A DNA stretch of 64,000 nucleotides from Promethearchaeota archaeon (GTDB lineage: Archaea > Asgardarchaeota > Heimdallarchaeia > Hodarchaeales > Hodarchaeaceae), in contig JBHLMN010000002.1 in the NCBI GenBank assembly GCA_048938105.1, forward strand, positions 160,001 to 224,000, written 5' to 3'. Both the position numbers and the translations under genes were made by a program. Numbering within the stretch: position 1 is the stretch's first letter; every line of letters starts with the position of its first letter. Below, piece by piece: positions 20,061 through 29,999 of the stretch. The notes below the pieces were generated by a model that was not told the origin of the DNA, did no database searches, and was given only the letters and a program-made list of their open reading frames with translations.

Positions 20061-20962
20061 TCTATCTCCTCTGGTTCTTTACATTCATTGAGGTCAGACG
20101 ATAAATCTGAAGAGAAAATGATTTTTGAAGCTAAAGATTTAGCTTGGTCAACTTTTTGATCTGTAATGCTATGATTTGAGAACTTTGCTTCTTCAAACAA
20201 GTTTGTAAGGTCGTCAATTAAAGGGGGTGGACTTAAGGTTTTTGTGACAACATCTACATGGAATTCCGTAGGAGTAAGACTTGGTGAATTATTAGCTCCA
20301 CGTTCTTCTAGACTAGTTGATGCTTGATAATAGCACTCTAATACTGTTCTCATTCTATAATCCCTTTCTTGGCTGATAACTGGGCTTTTATCAGTGTCCA
20401 CTAAAGCAATTCTCTTCATTATGGATTTTCGTCTGGATAATAATATTAAGAATAAAGGTAAAAGAATTATTACAATTAGAAAAAGACTTCTCAGCTCTAG
20501 TAAAAAGTTTAGAAAGAAGTTAAAATCAGGTTGACCTGATTCTATTGTCTGTGGGGGTGGTAAAACTGGCCCAGTAGTTTTTTGTGTTGCCATTGTAGTC
20601 GTGATAGGAGTGGAGGTGTTAATTTCTGGTAAGACGGGAGATTCTTCTTCAGGTAGTGTGGTAATCCCCAATAATGCGATTATGAAACACGATATCAACG
20701 TGACTCCTATGAATATGATTAGTGGGAGAGGAGAAAATTGTCGATTCGATTTGTTGCTAAAAAACAGATATATTCCTGTAAATAACGGTAAAAATAATCC
20801 GATGATTTCAAATAAAGAAATATTCAGTGTCATAAATGGTTTAATCATGTTGTTACTAGATAATTGCCCTAATGCGATTTGTGCAAAGGTTAAAGACAAT
20901 AACAGAAAACATAGAATAACAAATTCCTTTTGTTGTAAGAAGTTAAAATCTTTTGTATTCAC
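20057..20962 (-). CDS. DUF4129-like membrane protein of the MoxR operon
   Basis: TM segments, Thr/Pro linker and C-terminal SLTPTEF...LTNLFEEAKFS. Confidence 0.8.
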   Translation of the reverse strand: MNTKDFNFLQQKEFVILCFLLLSLTFAQIALGQLSSNNMIKPFMTLNISLFEIIGLFLPLFTGIYLFFSNKSNRQFSPLPLIIFIGVTLISCFIIALLGITTLPEEESPVLPEINTSTPITTTMATQKTTGPVLPPPQTIESGQPDFNFFLNFLLELRSLFLIVIILLPLFLILLSRRKSIMKRIALVDTDKSPVISQERDYRMRTVLECYYQASTSLEERGANNSPSLTPTEFHVDVVTKTLSPPPLIDDLTNLFEEAKFSNHSITDQKVDQAKSLASKIIFSSDLSSDLNECKEPEEIE

Positions 20963-21306
20963 TTTGATACCTACAATTATGTATTTGCTTATTATTGTTC
21001 ATTTCAAGTTTGTTTATTACTTTTTTCTCTTGATGCAAGTTTTCTTGATTTTTAACGACTTTTTACTAATTATTCTCTAGTTTTAGCCTCAATTTTCCCT
21101 ATTTGATTTAAATTTAATTCCTATGAACAAATTTTTATAGCAGGATTTTTCTAAACCTTAACCTAACATAGACTTGTTGACATTTGGTCTTCATTCAATG
21201 TTCTTCATCAAGTAAAAGACCTTCTTTCTGCTGATAATCGAGTTTAATGATTAAGATATAATCTACTAAATCAAATCTTAATAGGAAAGGAAGATGAGAT
21301 TCAAAA

Positions 21307-21735
21307 ATGTTTCTTTATTGGATCGATAAACATCGTTTGGCTGGATCTAGCGAACCACTTGCAGAAGATTTTCCTTTTCTCAATACAATTGAATGGGGTG
21401 GGATGGTTTGTCTTCAGGAGACTCCAACTTCAGAAGAATTAGCCAGTCTATTAGCAGTACCTTATCTACATCTCCCAATTAAGAATTTTTCAATTCCAAC
21501 TGAGACTGATCTCGAATCCATTCTAGAGTTTTTCCATGAGAGTCAGAAGGAAAACCCAAACATCCCTGTGTTGATTCACAGTACAGAGGGACATGGACGC
21601 GCTGGTACAATACTCGGAGCTTTATTGGTAGTTATTGACCGTATCAACCCAGAGGATGCTATCAAACATGTAAGAAAGGTAAATCCCTTAGCAATCGAAA
21701 CTGAAGAGCAAGAGGAGTTTATAAAAAGCCTCTAA
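21307..21735 (+). CDS. Dual-specificity phosphatase fold, predicted pseudophosphatase
   Basis: LAGSSEP, HLPIKNFSIP, VLIHSTEGHGRAG and AIETEEQ; catalytic Cys replaced by Ser and the general-acid Asp by Asn. Confidence 0.85.
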   Translation: MFLYWIDKHRLAGSSEPLAEDFPFLNTIEWGGMVCLQETPTSEELASLLAVPYLHLPIKNFSIPTETDLESILEFFHESQKENPNIPVLIHSTEGHGRAGTILGALLVVIDRINPEDAIKHVRKVNPLAIETEEQEEFIKSL

Positions 21736-21885
21736 AACTTTCAATAGACAAATCTACTCTAGCAGATTTCCTTTAATTAAGAGAAAGAATAAATATTTTT
21801 CTGCCAATACCTTTAGGTAGCGTTATAGTCCTCATAGCTGGTATTTGGAATCTTGTAAAATCTTAAATCAAGTTATTAAGAGAGT

Positions 21886-22977
21886 TTGGAAATGATGTTG
21901 CTTTTACCTGACGCAGATGAAGTTTTTAACACATTCTTGACTAATAATAGTTCAAAAGAATTGAAGAAATCATTCGGTATTGAAAAAGAAGCAATTACTG
22001 CAGCTGAATGTGTAAAGGAAGTAGAAAAATCAGCCTTTCTTTTTTTTCATTCGCAATTTTCAAGAAAGAAAAAGACTTCGATAGAGAAAGAACTAAAACC
22101 TGAAAAGATTGATGTATTGAAGTTAAACGATATAACTTTTTTTTCATTTTCCTCTGAAGGTGTTGATGCTAATGTTTGGAAAGGGAAAGATTTTGTACCT
22201 ATGTTAAAGAATCTTAAGGAAATTCGCTGTAGAGAATGTAATGGAAAAGGTTTTAAGAGTTGTAACCGCTGTAATGACTCCCGATTTATTACTTGTGAGG
22301 AATGTAACGGTAAAGAAAGAAGTTGTGATAAATGTAAGGGTTCAGGGAAAATTATTTTTGATTTAGATGTTAAAGAAGTAAATAAAAGAGGGGATGAAAA
22401 AAGGAAAACAGAAAAAAAGACATACCAATGTACTTCATGTTTTGGAACAGGTAAAATCGTGTGTAAAAAATGCGGTGGAAGTGGTAAGATTGTATGTTAT
22501 GAATGTAAGGGGAATCCAATAGTTTGCCCTGAGTGTAAAGGATTTGGGAAATTATATGAACTCCATGATAGTCATGTCCCTATAATATATATTCCTAGTA
22601 GAAGTAAGAATTCTTATTCATTTATGGTGAAGAAAGACAAATGGATGTTGAAAGAAAAGGATTATAATCAAAAGCTAGAAGATGCAGAATCTTATTCCAT
22701 ATCTGACCCAAAAAAACTGAATGACAAAGATCTTAAAGAATTATTTGGGGTTATTTCTTTAGATAAAGACCTAAAAAAGTGCATTGATGAAACGAAGAAA
22801 ACTTTTGAGAATTTATCCAAAGATTATGATAGTGGTAAATCCTCTGAAGAGCCATTAAAACCTATTTCATTAGTATTCCTTCTTCGACTTGTAATAGAAA
22901 CTCCTAAGAAAAAGAAATTTGATATATATGCTTTGGGGACAAAGAAGAAGTATAGTATCATGACAAACAGGTTTTAA
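21886..22977 (+). CDS. Protein with eight tandem CxxC(xGxG) DnaJ-type zinc-finger motifs and no J domain
   Basis: CRECNGKG, CNRC, CEECNG, CDKCKGSG, CTSCFGTG, CKKCGGSG, CYECKG and CPECKGFG; no HPD. Confidence 0.8.
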   Translation: MEMMLLLPDADEVFNTFLTNNSSKELKKSFGIEKEAITAAECVKEVEKSAFLFFHSQFSRKKKTSIEKELKPEKIDVLKLNDITFFSFSSEGVDANVWKGKDFVPMLKNLKEIRCRECNGKGFKSCNRCNDSRFITCEECNGKERSCDKCKGSGKIIFDLDVKEVNKRGDEKRKTEKKTYQCTSCFGTGKIVCKKCGGSGKIVCYECKGNPIVCPECKGFGKLYELHDSHVPIIYIPSRSKNSYSFMVKKDKWMLKEKDYNQKLEDAESYSISDPKKLNDKDLKELFGVISLDKDLKKCIDETKKTFENLSKDYDSGKSSEEPLKPISLVFLLRLVIETPKKKKFDIYALGTKKKYSIMTNRF

Positions 22978-23033
22978 GATTAGGAGACCATTTTGAGAAT
23001 TAGATAGTTATTCACATCAAGCTTTAAAGGAAA

Positions 23034-24170
23034 CTATTTGTTTATTTGAGTAATTTTCTTCAAAAACTTGATAAGGACTGATTCTACCTCTAAAACCTCT
23101 GAAATTAAAACCCGCTCATTTGCGTTATGAATGGCCTTTGGATCACCAGGACCATATATGACAAAGGGTATTGATTGTGGTGCTTGAGTGACGAGAACAG
23201 CGGCGTCAGTTCCATAGTTCAAACCGATCGGTGTCTGATTATTACTCACATCCATAAAATGTTGTGTAAATTTATTTTCTTGAGAATTAGATATAGGTAG
23301 CATAATCTGATTTATTTCGGTTTCAAATAGAGCAGGGCTTGATTTTTCAATCTCTTTTATTTTGTAAGTGATTTCATTAGCAAAATTAGTTATATTTATA
23401 GGTGGAACTAATCGAAAATCACATTGAATTTCAGCGTTTTCAGGGACAACGTTTGCACTTTCACCCCCCTTAATTTTACCAATATTCAGAGTACTTTGGC
23501 CTAAAATAGGATGGAAAACCAGAGGAATGGCGCTTTTCAATAATGGAAAAAGCTTTACCAATTCTTCAATAGCGTTAATTCCTTTTTCTGGAGTTGAACC
23601 ATGAGCAGATTTCCCATAAGATCGAATAGTCATCCATAAAACTCCTTTTTCTGCGATTCCGACTTTCAAGTTTGTGGGTTCTGCCACAATGAGAAATTCC
23701 GCATTATCCATGACTCCTAGCTTCATTGCAGCTTTAGCTCCGCCAAGGCCCACCTCTTCATCAGATGTTCCAAGAAATACTATTTGATAATTCAGTTTAT
23801 CTACATTAACGGTATTATTTAAGGATTTAAGTGCTCCTAAACAAGCTGAAACCCCCCCCTTCATATCAGCTGAACCACGACCATAAATATATCCCTCTGT
23901 TTCTTTCGCGCTAAAGGGATCATAATTCCAGTTATTTAAATCACCAGTTGGGACAGTATCTAAATGTCCACACATTACTATTGATTTCGTTGCCTTTCCA
24001 ATAGTTAAGATAATATTTGCTTGATTTTCCTGATACCATTGGGTTCTAACTGTGATGTCATTTCCCTCTGCCCATTCTTGTATGTATTCAATGTTAAGAC
24101 GTGTATTTCCAGGAGGATTCTCAGAATTTAAGCGAATTAAACTTTTTAGAATTGTTAAACAATCCGACAC
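23034..24170 (-). CDS. M20 metallopeptidase (ArgE/DapE family)
   Basis: GHLDTVP, YGRGSADMKGG, DEEVG, AEPT, GKSAHGS and HNANE. Confidence 0.92.
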   Translation of the reverse strand: MSDCLTILKSLIRLNSENPPGNTRLNIEYIQEWAEGNDITVRTQWYQENQANIILTIGKATKSIVMCGHLDTVPTGDLNNWNYDPFSAKETEGYIYGRGSADMKGGVSACLGALKSLNNTVNVDKLNYQIVFLGTSDEEVGLGGAKAAMKLGVMDNAEFLIVAEPTNLKVGIAEKGVLWMTIRSYGKSAHGSTPEKGINAIEELVKLFPLLKSAIPLVFHPILGQSTLNIGKIKGGESANVVPENAEIQCDFRLVPPINITNFANEITYKIKEIEKSSPALFETEINQIMLPISNSQENKFTQHFMDVSNNQTPIGLNYGTDAAVLVTQAPQSIPFVIYGPGDPKAIHNANERVLISEVLEVESVLIKFLKKITQINK

Positions 24171-24173
24171 AAT

Positions 24174-24434
24174 TCACCCTCCTGAAGAGGAGTTTGTATC
24201 GGCTACTAAATCTAGACTTTCATATTGCTTTTGGTCTATTTCAGCAAAAATTGCTCCTTTATATCCACAATTTCGGCATAAATAATATGGAGGAGATAAC
24301 AATCCTAAGAAACTATTGGGGATTACCTCAAGATTATTTGTAAGACAGATGGGACATACCTTTACAACATCTTTTGGTGATCCTCGGCGAATAAATTTAC
24401 GAATATCGCTAAATGATCTTAAGAATTGTCGCAT
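24174..24434 (-). CDS. Small zinc-ribbon protein
   Basis: CPIC...YLCRNCGYKG. Confidence 0.7.
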   Translation of the reverse strand: MRQFLRSFSDIRKFIRRGSPKDVVKVCPICLTNNLEVIPNSFLGLLSPPYYLCRNCGYKGAIFAEIDQKQYESLDLVADTNSSSGG

Positions 24435-24709
24435 TTCTATTCATCAAAGGTTGAAAAGATATAATATTTCTATTTTTCGTGTGGGATTGTAGGAATTTTG
24501 ATGTTCAAAGTGTTTGTTCTTAAAATTGGAAACTTATTTTAATTCCTTTTTCGTGTAAAGTGTGTGACAAGAAAGAATATTTACTTAAATTTTCACTTCC
24601 AAATAGTAGCTTATCATTTGGTATTCATCTAATGGAACTCGTAAAAGGAAACACTCAAGTCTTCTATACTACATATGCCAAGACTATATCAAACATTAAT
24701 TAATAGCTG

Positions 24710-25288
24710 TTGATCAGAATGACAAAAAGGATTGATTATAATTTCCTAGCAAAAATCCTCCTCCTTGGCGAATTTCGTGTAGGAAAATCGTCGATGGTCT
24801 TACGTTATGTTGAAGATCGATTTCCAGGGGATTACATGGCAACAATAGGTGCTAACTTCTTGGTTAAGACTGTAAATCTTCCTTTTGAGGGTAAAGAGTA
24901 CAAAGTCGGGCTCCAGATATGGGATATCGGCGGACACGCTCGGTCGTCTCAAGTTGGTCGTGTCTTCTTTCAAGGGGTATCAGGTGCTCTTCTGGTGTAT
25001 GATCTTACCAGAAAAGAGACACTTGAAAAATTACCGCTATGGATAGAACAATTGACAAAGTTTTCACCTGATGTCAGAATGTATCTTGTAGGAAATAAGA
25101 ATGATCTAATTGATGAGAGACAAATTTCGTTTAAGGAGGGGGAACAAGCCAAAGACCGCCTCCAGATGGTCAATTTTTTTGAAACTAGCGCCAAAACTGG
25201 GGATCATATACAAGAAACATTTGAAGATCTAGCAGGACTACTCGTGTATACTAATCGTGACAAAATTGTAACTACGGAGACAGACTAA
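24710..25288 (+). CDS. Rab-like small GTPase
   Basis: GEFRVGKS, TIGANF, WDIGGH, GNKND and ETSAK. Confidence 0.9.
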   Translation: MIRMTKRIDYNFLAKILLLGEFRVGKSSMVLRYVEDRFPGDYMATIGANFLVKTVNLPFEGKEYKVGLQIWDIGGHARSSQVGRVFFQGVSGALLVYDLTRKETLEKLPLWIEQLTKFSPDVRMYLVGNKNDLIDERQISFKEGEQAKDRLQMVNFFETSAKTGDHIQETFEDLAGLLVYTNRDKIVTTETD

Positions 25289-25346
25289 AAAAAAACCAAT
25301 AATGCTATTTTACGATAATTGATATTTTCTATTGTTTCCTCGGTTT

Positions 25347-25709
25347 CTATACAGCCATTTTCATCATTAGATCTTCAAGAGAGCTGATTTTCTCCAGCTG
25401 AGTCTTATATAGATTAACTTCTTCTGAAGAAATCTCATTATTACCCATTAAAAATTCAAGGATGTCTAGAAACATGTCCTTTGCATATGAAAAATTCGAG
25501 TTTGCTTCAGGAAGGGAGGTGAAAGCAAATGTTAATTTATCAGAAAGGGTGGCATCTTCAACTTTTAATGCGTTTCGAACTGTTTGAACATAAATCTGAT
25601 CCTCGGAAATACCTCGTGCAATTTCGATTCTTTTCTTTGCTTCACGTGAGGCATCGTGTGAGAGCTCTGGGACAAACAGTTTTTTAAAAAATCGGATGAA
25701 TCTATTCAT
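25347..25709 (-). CDS. Hypothetical protein
   Basis: 120 aa helical ORF with an ATG start. Confidence 0.6.
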   Translation of the reverse strand: MNRFIRFFKKLFVPELSHDASREAKKRIEIARGISEDQIYVQTVRNALKVEDATLSDKLTFAFTSLPEANSNFSYAKDMFLDILEFLMGNNEISSEEVNLYKTQLEKISSLEDLMMKMAV

Positions 25710-25915
25710 TGCTTTTGGCTCGGATATACTTGATAATTGAATGTGTCTAGTACTGACTTAGTTTTCATTCTATACTTACTTTATAAAAATGAAGCTTCTT
25801 AACAAATCCTTTTTAAATCATCTTTACCTTTTGATTTTTACTAATTTATATAGATATAAATCTGTTATTATATTTTTGTCGAAAGCTCTATATCGAAAGA
25901 TTAGAGGTCTAAAAT

Positions 25916-26953
25916 TTGACTGAACCACGCCCGAGCCATTCTGAAGCGATTGCTGGAGTAAAAATCAAAAGATTTTTAACTATGGCTGTAATGAAACTGT
26001 CACAGGAACTAATCGATCGGTCGGACACATTAGAAACTAGAAAGTCAATAGAAACTATGATTAACGACCTAGTGAAATCTAGCTTCACTTTAACTTCCTC
26101 TGATAACACACTAACTCAAGCTAAATTATTCTTAGCTTCATTAGGTTTTTCTCCTTGTGAAATTGAGTGGGCAGAAGATGTACGTCTAGGAAGAGTTCTT
26201 CTAGGTAGGGGTCGTATTTGGAGAGCTACAACAGAAAAAGATGCAGAATTAATTAAACTTCTTTTATTAGCGATTGTTAAAGGTCTTGGATATTCATTTG
26301 TAGAATCTAATGTAAAAGTTTCTTTCATTGAAAATGAGCTTCTTCCCCCTCGCTTTGCTTATGAGCTGCAGTTTAGAGCTTCTGAGGATGTTTTTGCGGA
26401 ATCAGTCCAGCCAACTGCCGAAGAAAAAAAGGAGGTTCTACTCTCTGCAGGATCCTTACTTAATCCGATTCTCGGTAGAGGCATTAGTATTCAGGATGCA
26501 ACCCGTTTCTTACTGGAGGGAACACGAACTGTTGTAGAAGAATATGAACCAGCAATTCTAGAACGTAAAGATATTGAAGATTATCCTCTGAAGTTAATTG
26601 AAGTTTTTTATCTTAAGTTACAGGAGGATGAGCGTCTCGAAGAACTTGCCCATCAAATTGGTGTTCTAATGGTCAGAAGTATAAGACAAACATTCCACGG
26701 GATAGAGAGGCACCAAATTCTAAAAGGAATTGGTTTATTACCTCCAGATGAGATCGATGAATTGCTTTTTTATGGTGATGTTGATATCTGTGGAAAGGAT
26801 CGGGGGAAAAATATTTCTTTCTGTAGGTTCTTAGGTCATATTTGGAGTGGGTATGCCTCTGAAGTACTTGGAAAGAAGTTTCGGATGACCGAGGATCCAT
26901 TATGCGCTACCAAGACAGGAACTAAATGCATATTTACACTAGAAGGAATTTAA
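25916..26953 (+). CDS. V4R/Bet3-fold protein, probably tandem domains
   Basis: C-terminal ICG...FCRFLGHIWSGYASEVLGKKFRMTEDPLCATKTGTKCIFTL is a V4R signature; the N-terminal half has a similar layout without Cys. Confidence 0.65.
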   Translation: MTEPRPSHSEAIAGVKIKRFLTMAVMKLSQELIDRSDTLETRKSIETMINDLVKSSFTLTSSDNTLTQAKLFLASLGFSPCEIEWAEDVRLGRVLLGRGRIWRATTEKDAELIKLLLLAIVKGLGYSFVESNVKVSFIENELLPPRFAYELQFRASEDVFAESVQPTAEEKKEVLLSAGSLLNPILGRGISIQDATRFLLEGTRTVVEEYEPAILERKDIEDYPLKLIEVFYLKLQEDERLEELAHQIGVLMVRSIRQTFHGIERHQILKGIGLLPPDEIDELLFYGDVDICGKDRGKNISFCRFLGHIWSGYASEVLGKKFRMTEDPLCATKTGTKCIFTLEGI

Positions 26954-27176
26954 TTTTAATAAAATACTACTTATTTTTCCTGATAGTGGAGATTACTCAT
27001 AATCAACTAGATGTGTGATGTCCTTATTAAAAACTTTAAAAGGGAGAAAAGTAACATTTAGAAAGCAAACATAAAAACCACTCTTCCGTCATGTTCTCAT
27101 GAAAAAAATTACTATCCAATTATTAAAGTGATCAAACGAGATAATTTATCAATATTCTAGGAATGGTGAGTCTCTA

Positions 27177-27512
27177 GTGGTTAGTTTTTGTGAAAAATGT
27201 GGCGCACTCCTAATTCCTCAACGAAATAAAGATGATACTATCACCTTGGTTTGTAGAGTATGTAAAACAGAATCGAAAGACAAATTTAAAGAATCTTCTT
27301 ATCAAATCTCAAGTAGGATCACTCATGATGAAAAAGAAAAGATGACAGTGGTTGAAGAAGAATTTGATATTCGACCAAGTATTAAAGTAGCGTGTCCCCG
27401 TTGTAATCATTACGAAGCTCGGTATTGGGAAGCAGAGAATAGAAGGAAGGAGGAATGGGAAACCACAACTTACTATAAATGCACAAAATGTGGATGGGTT
27501 TGGTCGGAATAA
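27177..27512 (+). CDS. TFS / RpoM-family double zinc-ribbon transcription factor paralog
   Basis: FCEKCG...CRVC and CPRC...YYKCTKCGWVWSE. Confidence 0.85.
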   Translation: MVSFCEKCGALLIPQRNKDDTITLVCRVCKTESKDKFKESSYQISSRITHDEKEKMTVVEEEFDIRPSIKVACPRCNHYEARYWEAENRRKEEWETTTYYKCTKCGWVWSE

Positions 27513-27549
27513 AGGTAATCCATTCTTCTTTCAATATTTGGAAGTTATT

Positions 27550-28068
27550 CTACATAGTGAACTCCCATCCACAATGAAAATCACGCTCCATTGGATCTGG
27601 GGGACATGCGATAACATTTGTCTTTATTCTATTATCAATGGTACTGGCAAAACCACTATATTCAACGATTCCTACCTCTTTGCAAGGAAATAATGGAAGA
27701 TTTTTTCTTTCTCTCGCTGATTGAACTCGACATGTTTTCATTTTTAGAATTAACTTGTTTGAGGAGACTCGCTTAACTTCTTGGGTGTTTATAGATGAAT
27801 ATAAGCGTAGATCCAAAGCTTTTTCTAATCCTTCTAACCCTGAATTTTGAGGAATGTCAAATTCATTCATTATTCGTTTTGCTTCAACTACAGTAAAATG
27901 CTTCCATCCTTCTTTGTCAATCTGGATTGCCTCAGCAAGTCCATGTCTTTTTTCGGCTGCTAAAAACCAACATCCGTCATGAGCTAACCAGTTTTTAGCG
28001 TACATTCTGATTATTTTAATTAAATCTTGTTTTTCTAGTTCTTCGAGGTTCATGTTGTTACTCTCCAT
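27550..28068 (-). CDS. DUF6125-like protein
   Basis: KNWLAHDGCWF, CRVQSAR, PCKEVG, CPPD and CGWEF. Confidence 0.75.
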   Translation of the reverse strand: MESNNMNLEELEKQDLIKIIRMYAKNWLAHDGCWFLAAEKRHGLAEAIQIDKEGWKHFTVVEAKRIMNEFDIPQNSGLEGLEKALDLRLYSSINTQEVKRVSSNKLILKMKTCRVQSARERKNLPLFPCKEVGIVEYSGFASTIDNRIKTNVIACPPDPMERDFHCGWEFTM

Positions 28069-28741
28069 GAATTGAGGATAATTTCTTATCTAGGAATTTT
28101 TCGATCATTTCCTTGAGTTCTTCTATAGAATACCCTTCATTCCGTAAAGTAAGGTCAAAATTTTTCTTATCTCGAAACGATATACCATAAATTTCTTCTA
28201 AGCGTTCTCCGTCAGTTCTATCTCGAGATTTAATTCTCTGAATGAGTTCATCTTCATTCATACCATACTCAGACCTATTTACATCATGAGAAATACGATT
28301 AGCTATTACTTGAGCGACTACTTCTAACCAAATGGTTATTCCATGGGTTCCAATTGCATAGGGGGCCATTCGTCCGATAAAAATACCCCCTTCCAAAAGT
28401 GCAGTTTTTAAAGCATATTTTTCAATTTCAATGTCTACTTTTCTGGCGAACTCTTGGTTTTGGGTTTTTTGAATGTGTTTCATAAATTCATCTAGGTTTC
28501 TTTCTTTCCATCCTGATTCAATGGCTATTTTCCGTACAAAATCGCCAGCGCCAGTGATTTTTAAAGAAATGTTAAATTTTTTCTCAAAGTATTGATGGAC
28601 AAAACGAGCAACTGTATCTTTTCCTGTTCCTGAAAATCCTCCAATAGCAATTATAGGTGTTGTTCGTTGTTTAATCTTTGTTGAGAATTCTTGAAAGAGA
28701 TATTTCTCGAATTCACATAGGTGGGGGATAAACGTGCCCAT
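28058..28741 (-). CDS. cmk: Archaeal-type cytidylate kinase family protein
   Basis: IAIGGFSGTGKDT, AGDFVR, VDIEIE, GRMA and RDRTDGERLEEIYGI. Confidence 0.7.
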   Translation of the reverse strand: MGTFIPHLCEFEKYLFQEFSTKIKQRTTPIIAIGGFSGTGKDTVARFVHQYFEKKFNISLKITGAGDFVRKIAIESGWKERNLDEFMKHIQKTQNQEFARKVDIEIEKYALKTALLEGGIFIGRMAPYAIGTHGITIWLEVVAQVIANRISHDVNRSEYGMNEDELIQRIKSRDRTDGERLEEIYGISFRDKKNFDLTLRNEGYSIEELKEMIEKFLDKKLSSIHGE

Positions 28742-29014
28742 AAATTGAACCAGCTTGCTAGTAATTGGTTATCATAATTGTAATATACTCTGGGGTTTTA
28801 GTCTGGACATTATTTAATACTATTTTCAGATCTCATGAATATAGATAGATAAAAGAGCTATCTGTTTAAGGATTCAAATATGATTTGTTTGAGAGGGTTA
28901 AATCACCCTCCAAGTTCTATAACTATCACGAAGGGGATATCTATAGACTTGTCAAGAAAGATATCCAGAGAAAAACCTATCTATATGCAAACTTCATCAC
29001 TTAAGAGGTCTTTT

Positions 29015-29332
29015 TCAGGTTGTTTCAGTTTGATATTGAGCTACCCATGTAGGGATAGTTAAGGAGGAGTGTGTTAACTGATAGTAGGCATCACCAACCA
29101 GAAGGATGGCATTTGCAAGGAGTATCTTCCTTTGATTTAGGGCCAATGAGGGGATTTTTGGTAGAACTTGACGAAGTATTTTTTGAAATATAAACTTCTT
29201 CATAGGGAGTTTAATCTTTTTCCTTAAAGCTAAGGTCTGAATAGCAGTATAATGAAAAACTCCTTTGATCAGTCCACAGAATTCCTTTTCCGTCTGGACT
29301 TGGGGGATGAGATTCAGGAGGGTATCATGCAA
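29015..29332 (-). CDS. Hypothetical protein or gene fragment
   Basis: 105 aa ORF. The frame is open further upstream to about 29490 without a canonical start. Confidence 0.35.
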   Translation of the reverse strand: MHDTLLNLIPQVQTEKEFCGLIKGVFHYTAIQTLALRKKIKLPMKKFIFQKILRQVLPKIPSLALNQRKILLANAILLVGDAYYQLTHSSLTIPTWVAQYQTETT

Positions 29333-29447
29333 TCCTTCGCCTAATTCTTGCTGAAACTGGTTTATTGGTAGTCTTCTTTGCTTTTGGGACTTCTGTAAAT
29401 CACAAAACAGTTTTGTACACTGCCAAACAGTTTTGTAGGCAAATTTT

Positions 29448-29999
29448 TTGTCATATTGGTCTTTTTCAAAGTATGTTTGGATCCGATTACGTCATAAAGC
29501 CATTTATCTAGAAGCTAAGTGTAGCCATCTCAAACGTTTCTATGCTTATCCCATCTGGATTCTTTTTGAATCCTATTGGCCCATTGGGGAGTTGTTATAT
29601 CAAACATTAAAGCGGTTAATGCCCTCTGTTGACCAAATCATTACTAGTTCAGATGATCTACTCGAATATCTACGAGAGTATCTTAGTAAAAACAAGATTT
29701 CAAAGGATGGAAGATTTGGTTCTTCCCTTCCTCTCTCCTCACATCATACTCTACAACCCACTTTCGGGAATTTTAGACAAAAGACTCCTCATAACTTTTC
29801 AACACAAAATTATGGTTCTTATATTATGCCTGAAAGTAATTATGATAGACAACAAACCTCACATCTACGAAATTCCTCTTTCACCAATTCCAGGAGTGTA
29901 TGTAATACTTATTCACATAAGCTGAAAAAAATTTCATCGAGAGATCTGGAGTATTTGAAATATGACCGACGAGTTAGATTTTTTCTCCAACTTCTATGA
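29448..29999 (+). CDS. Hypothetical protein, uncertain (possibly degraded)
   Basis: 183 aa ORF overlapped by an alternative 98 aa ORF; the second half has unusual composition. Confidence 0.3.
   Translation: MSYWSFSKYVWIRLRHKAIYLEAKCSHLKRFYAYPIWILFESYWPIGELLYQTLKRLMPSVDQIITSSDDLLEYLREYLSKNKISKDGRFGSSLPLSSHHTLQPTFGNFRQKTPHNFSTQNYGSYIMPESNYDRQQTSHLRNSSFTNSRSVCNTYSHKLKKISSRDLEYLKYDRRVRFFLQLL

Noticed and set aside
29480-29502. ATG-GCT-TTA-TGA in frame with the minus-strand ORF, suggesting UGA readthrough or selenocysteine
   Set aside because: No SECIS-like element or Cys-motif context is visible and the ORF itself is uncertain.
29495-29545. Possible second BHB intron on the minus strand upstream of ORF 29015-29332
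   Set aside because: A hairpin GGCTA/TAGCT exists, but the central helix is mismatched and the bulge sizes do not fit; no convincing restored protein.
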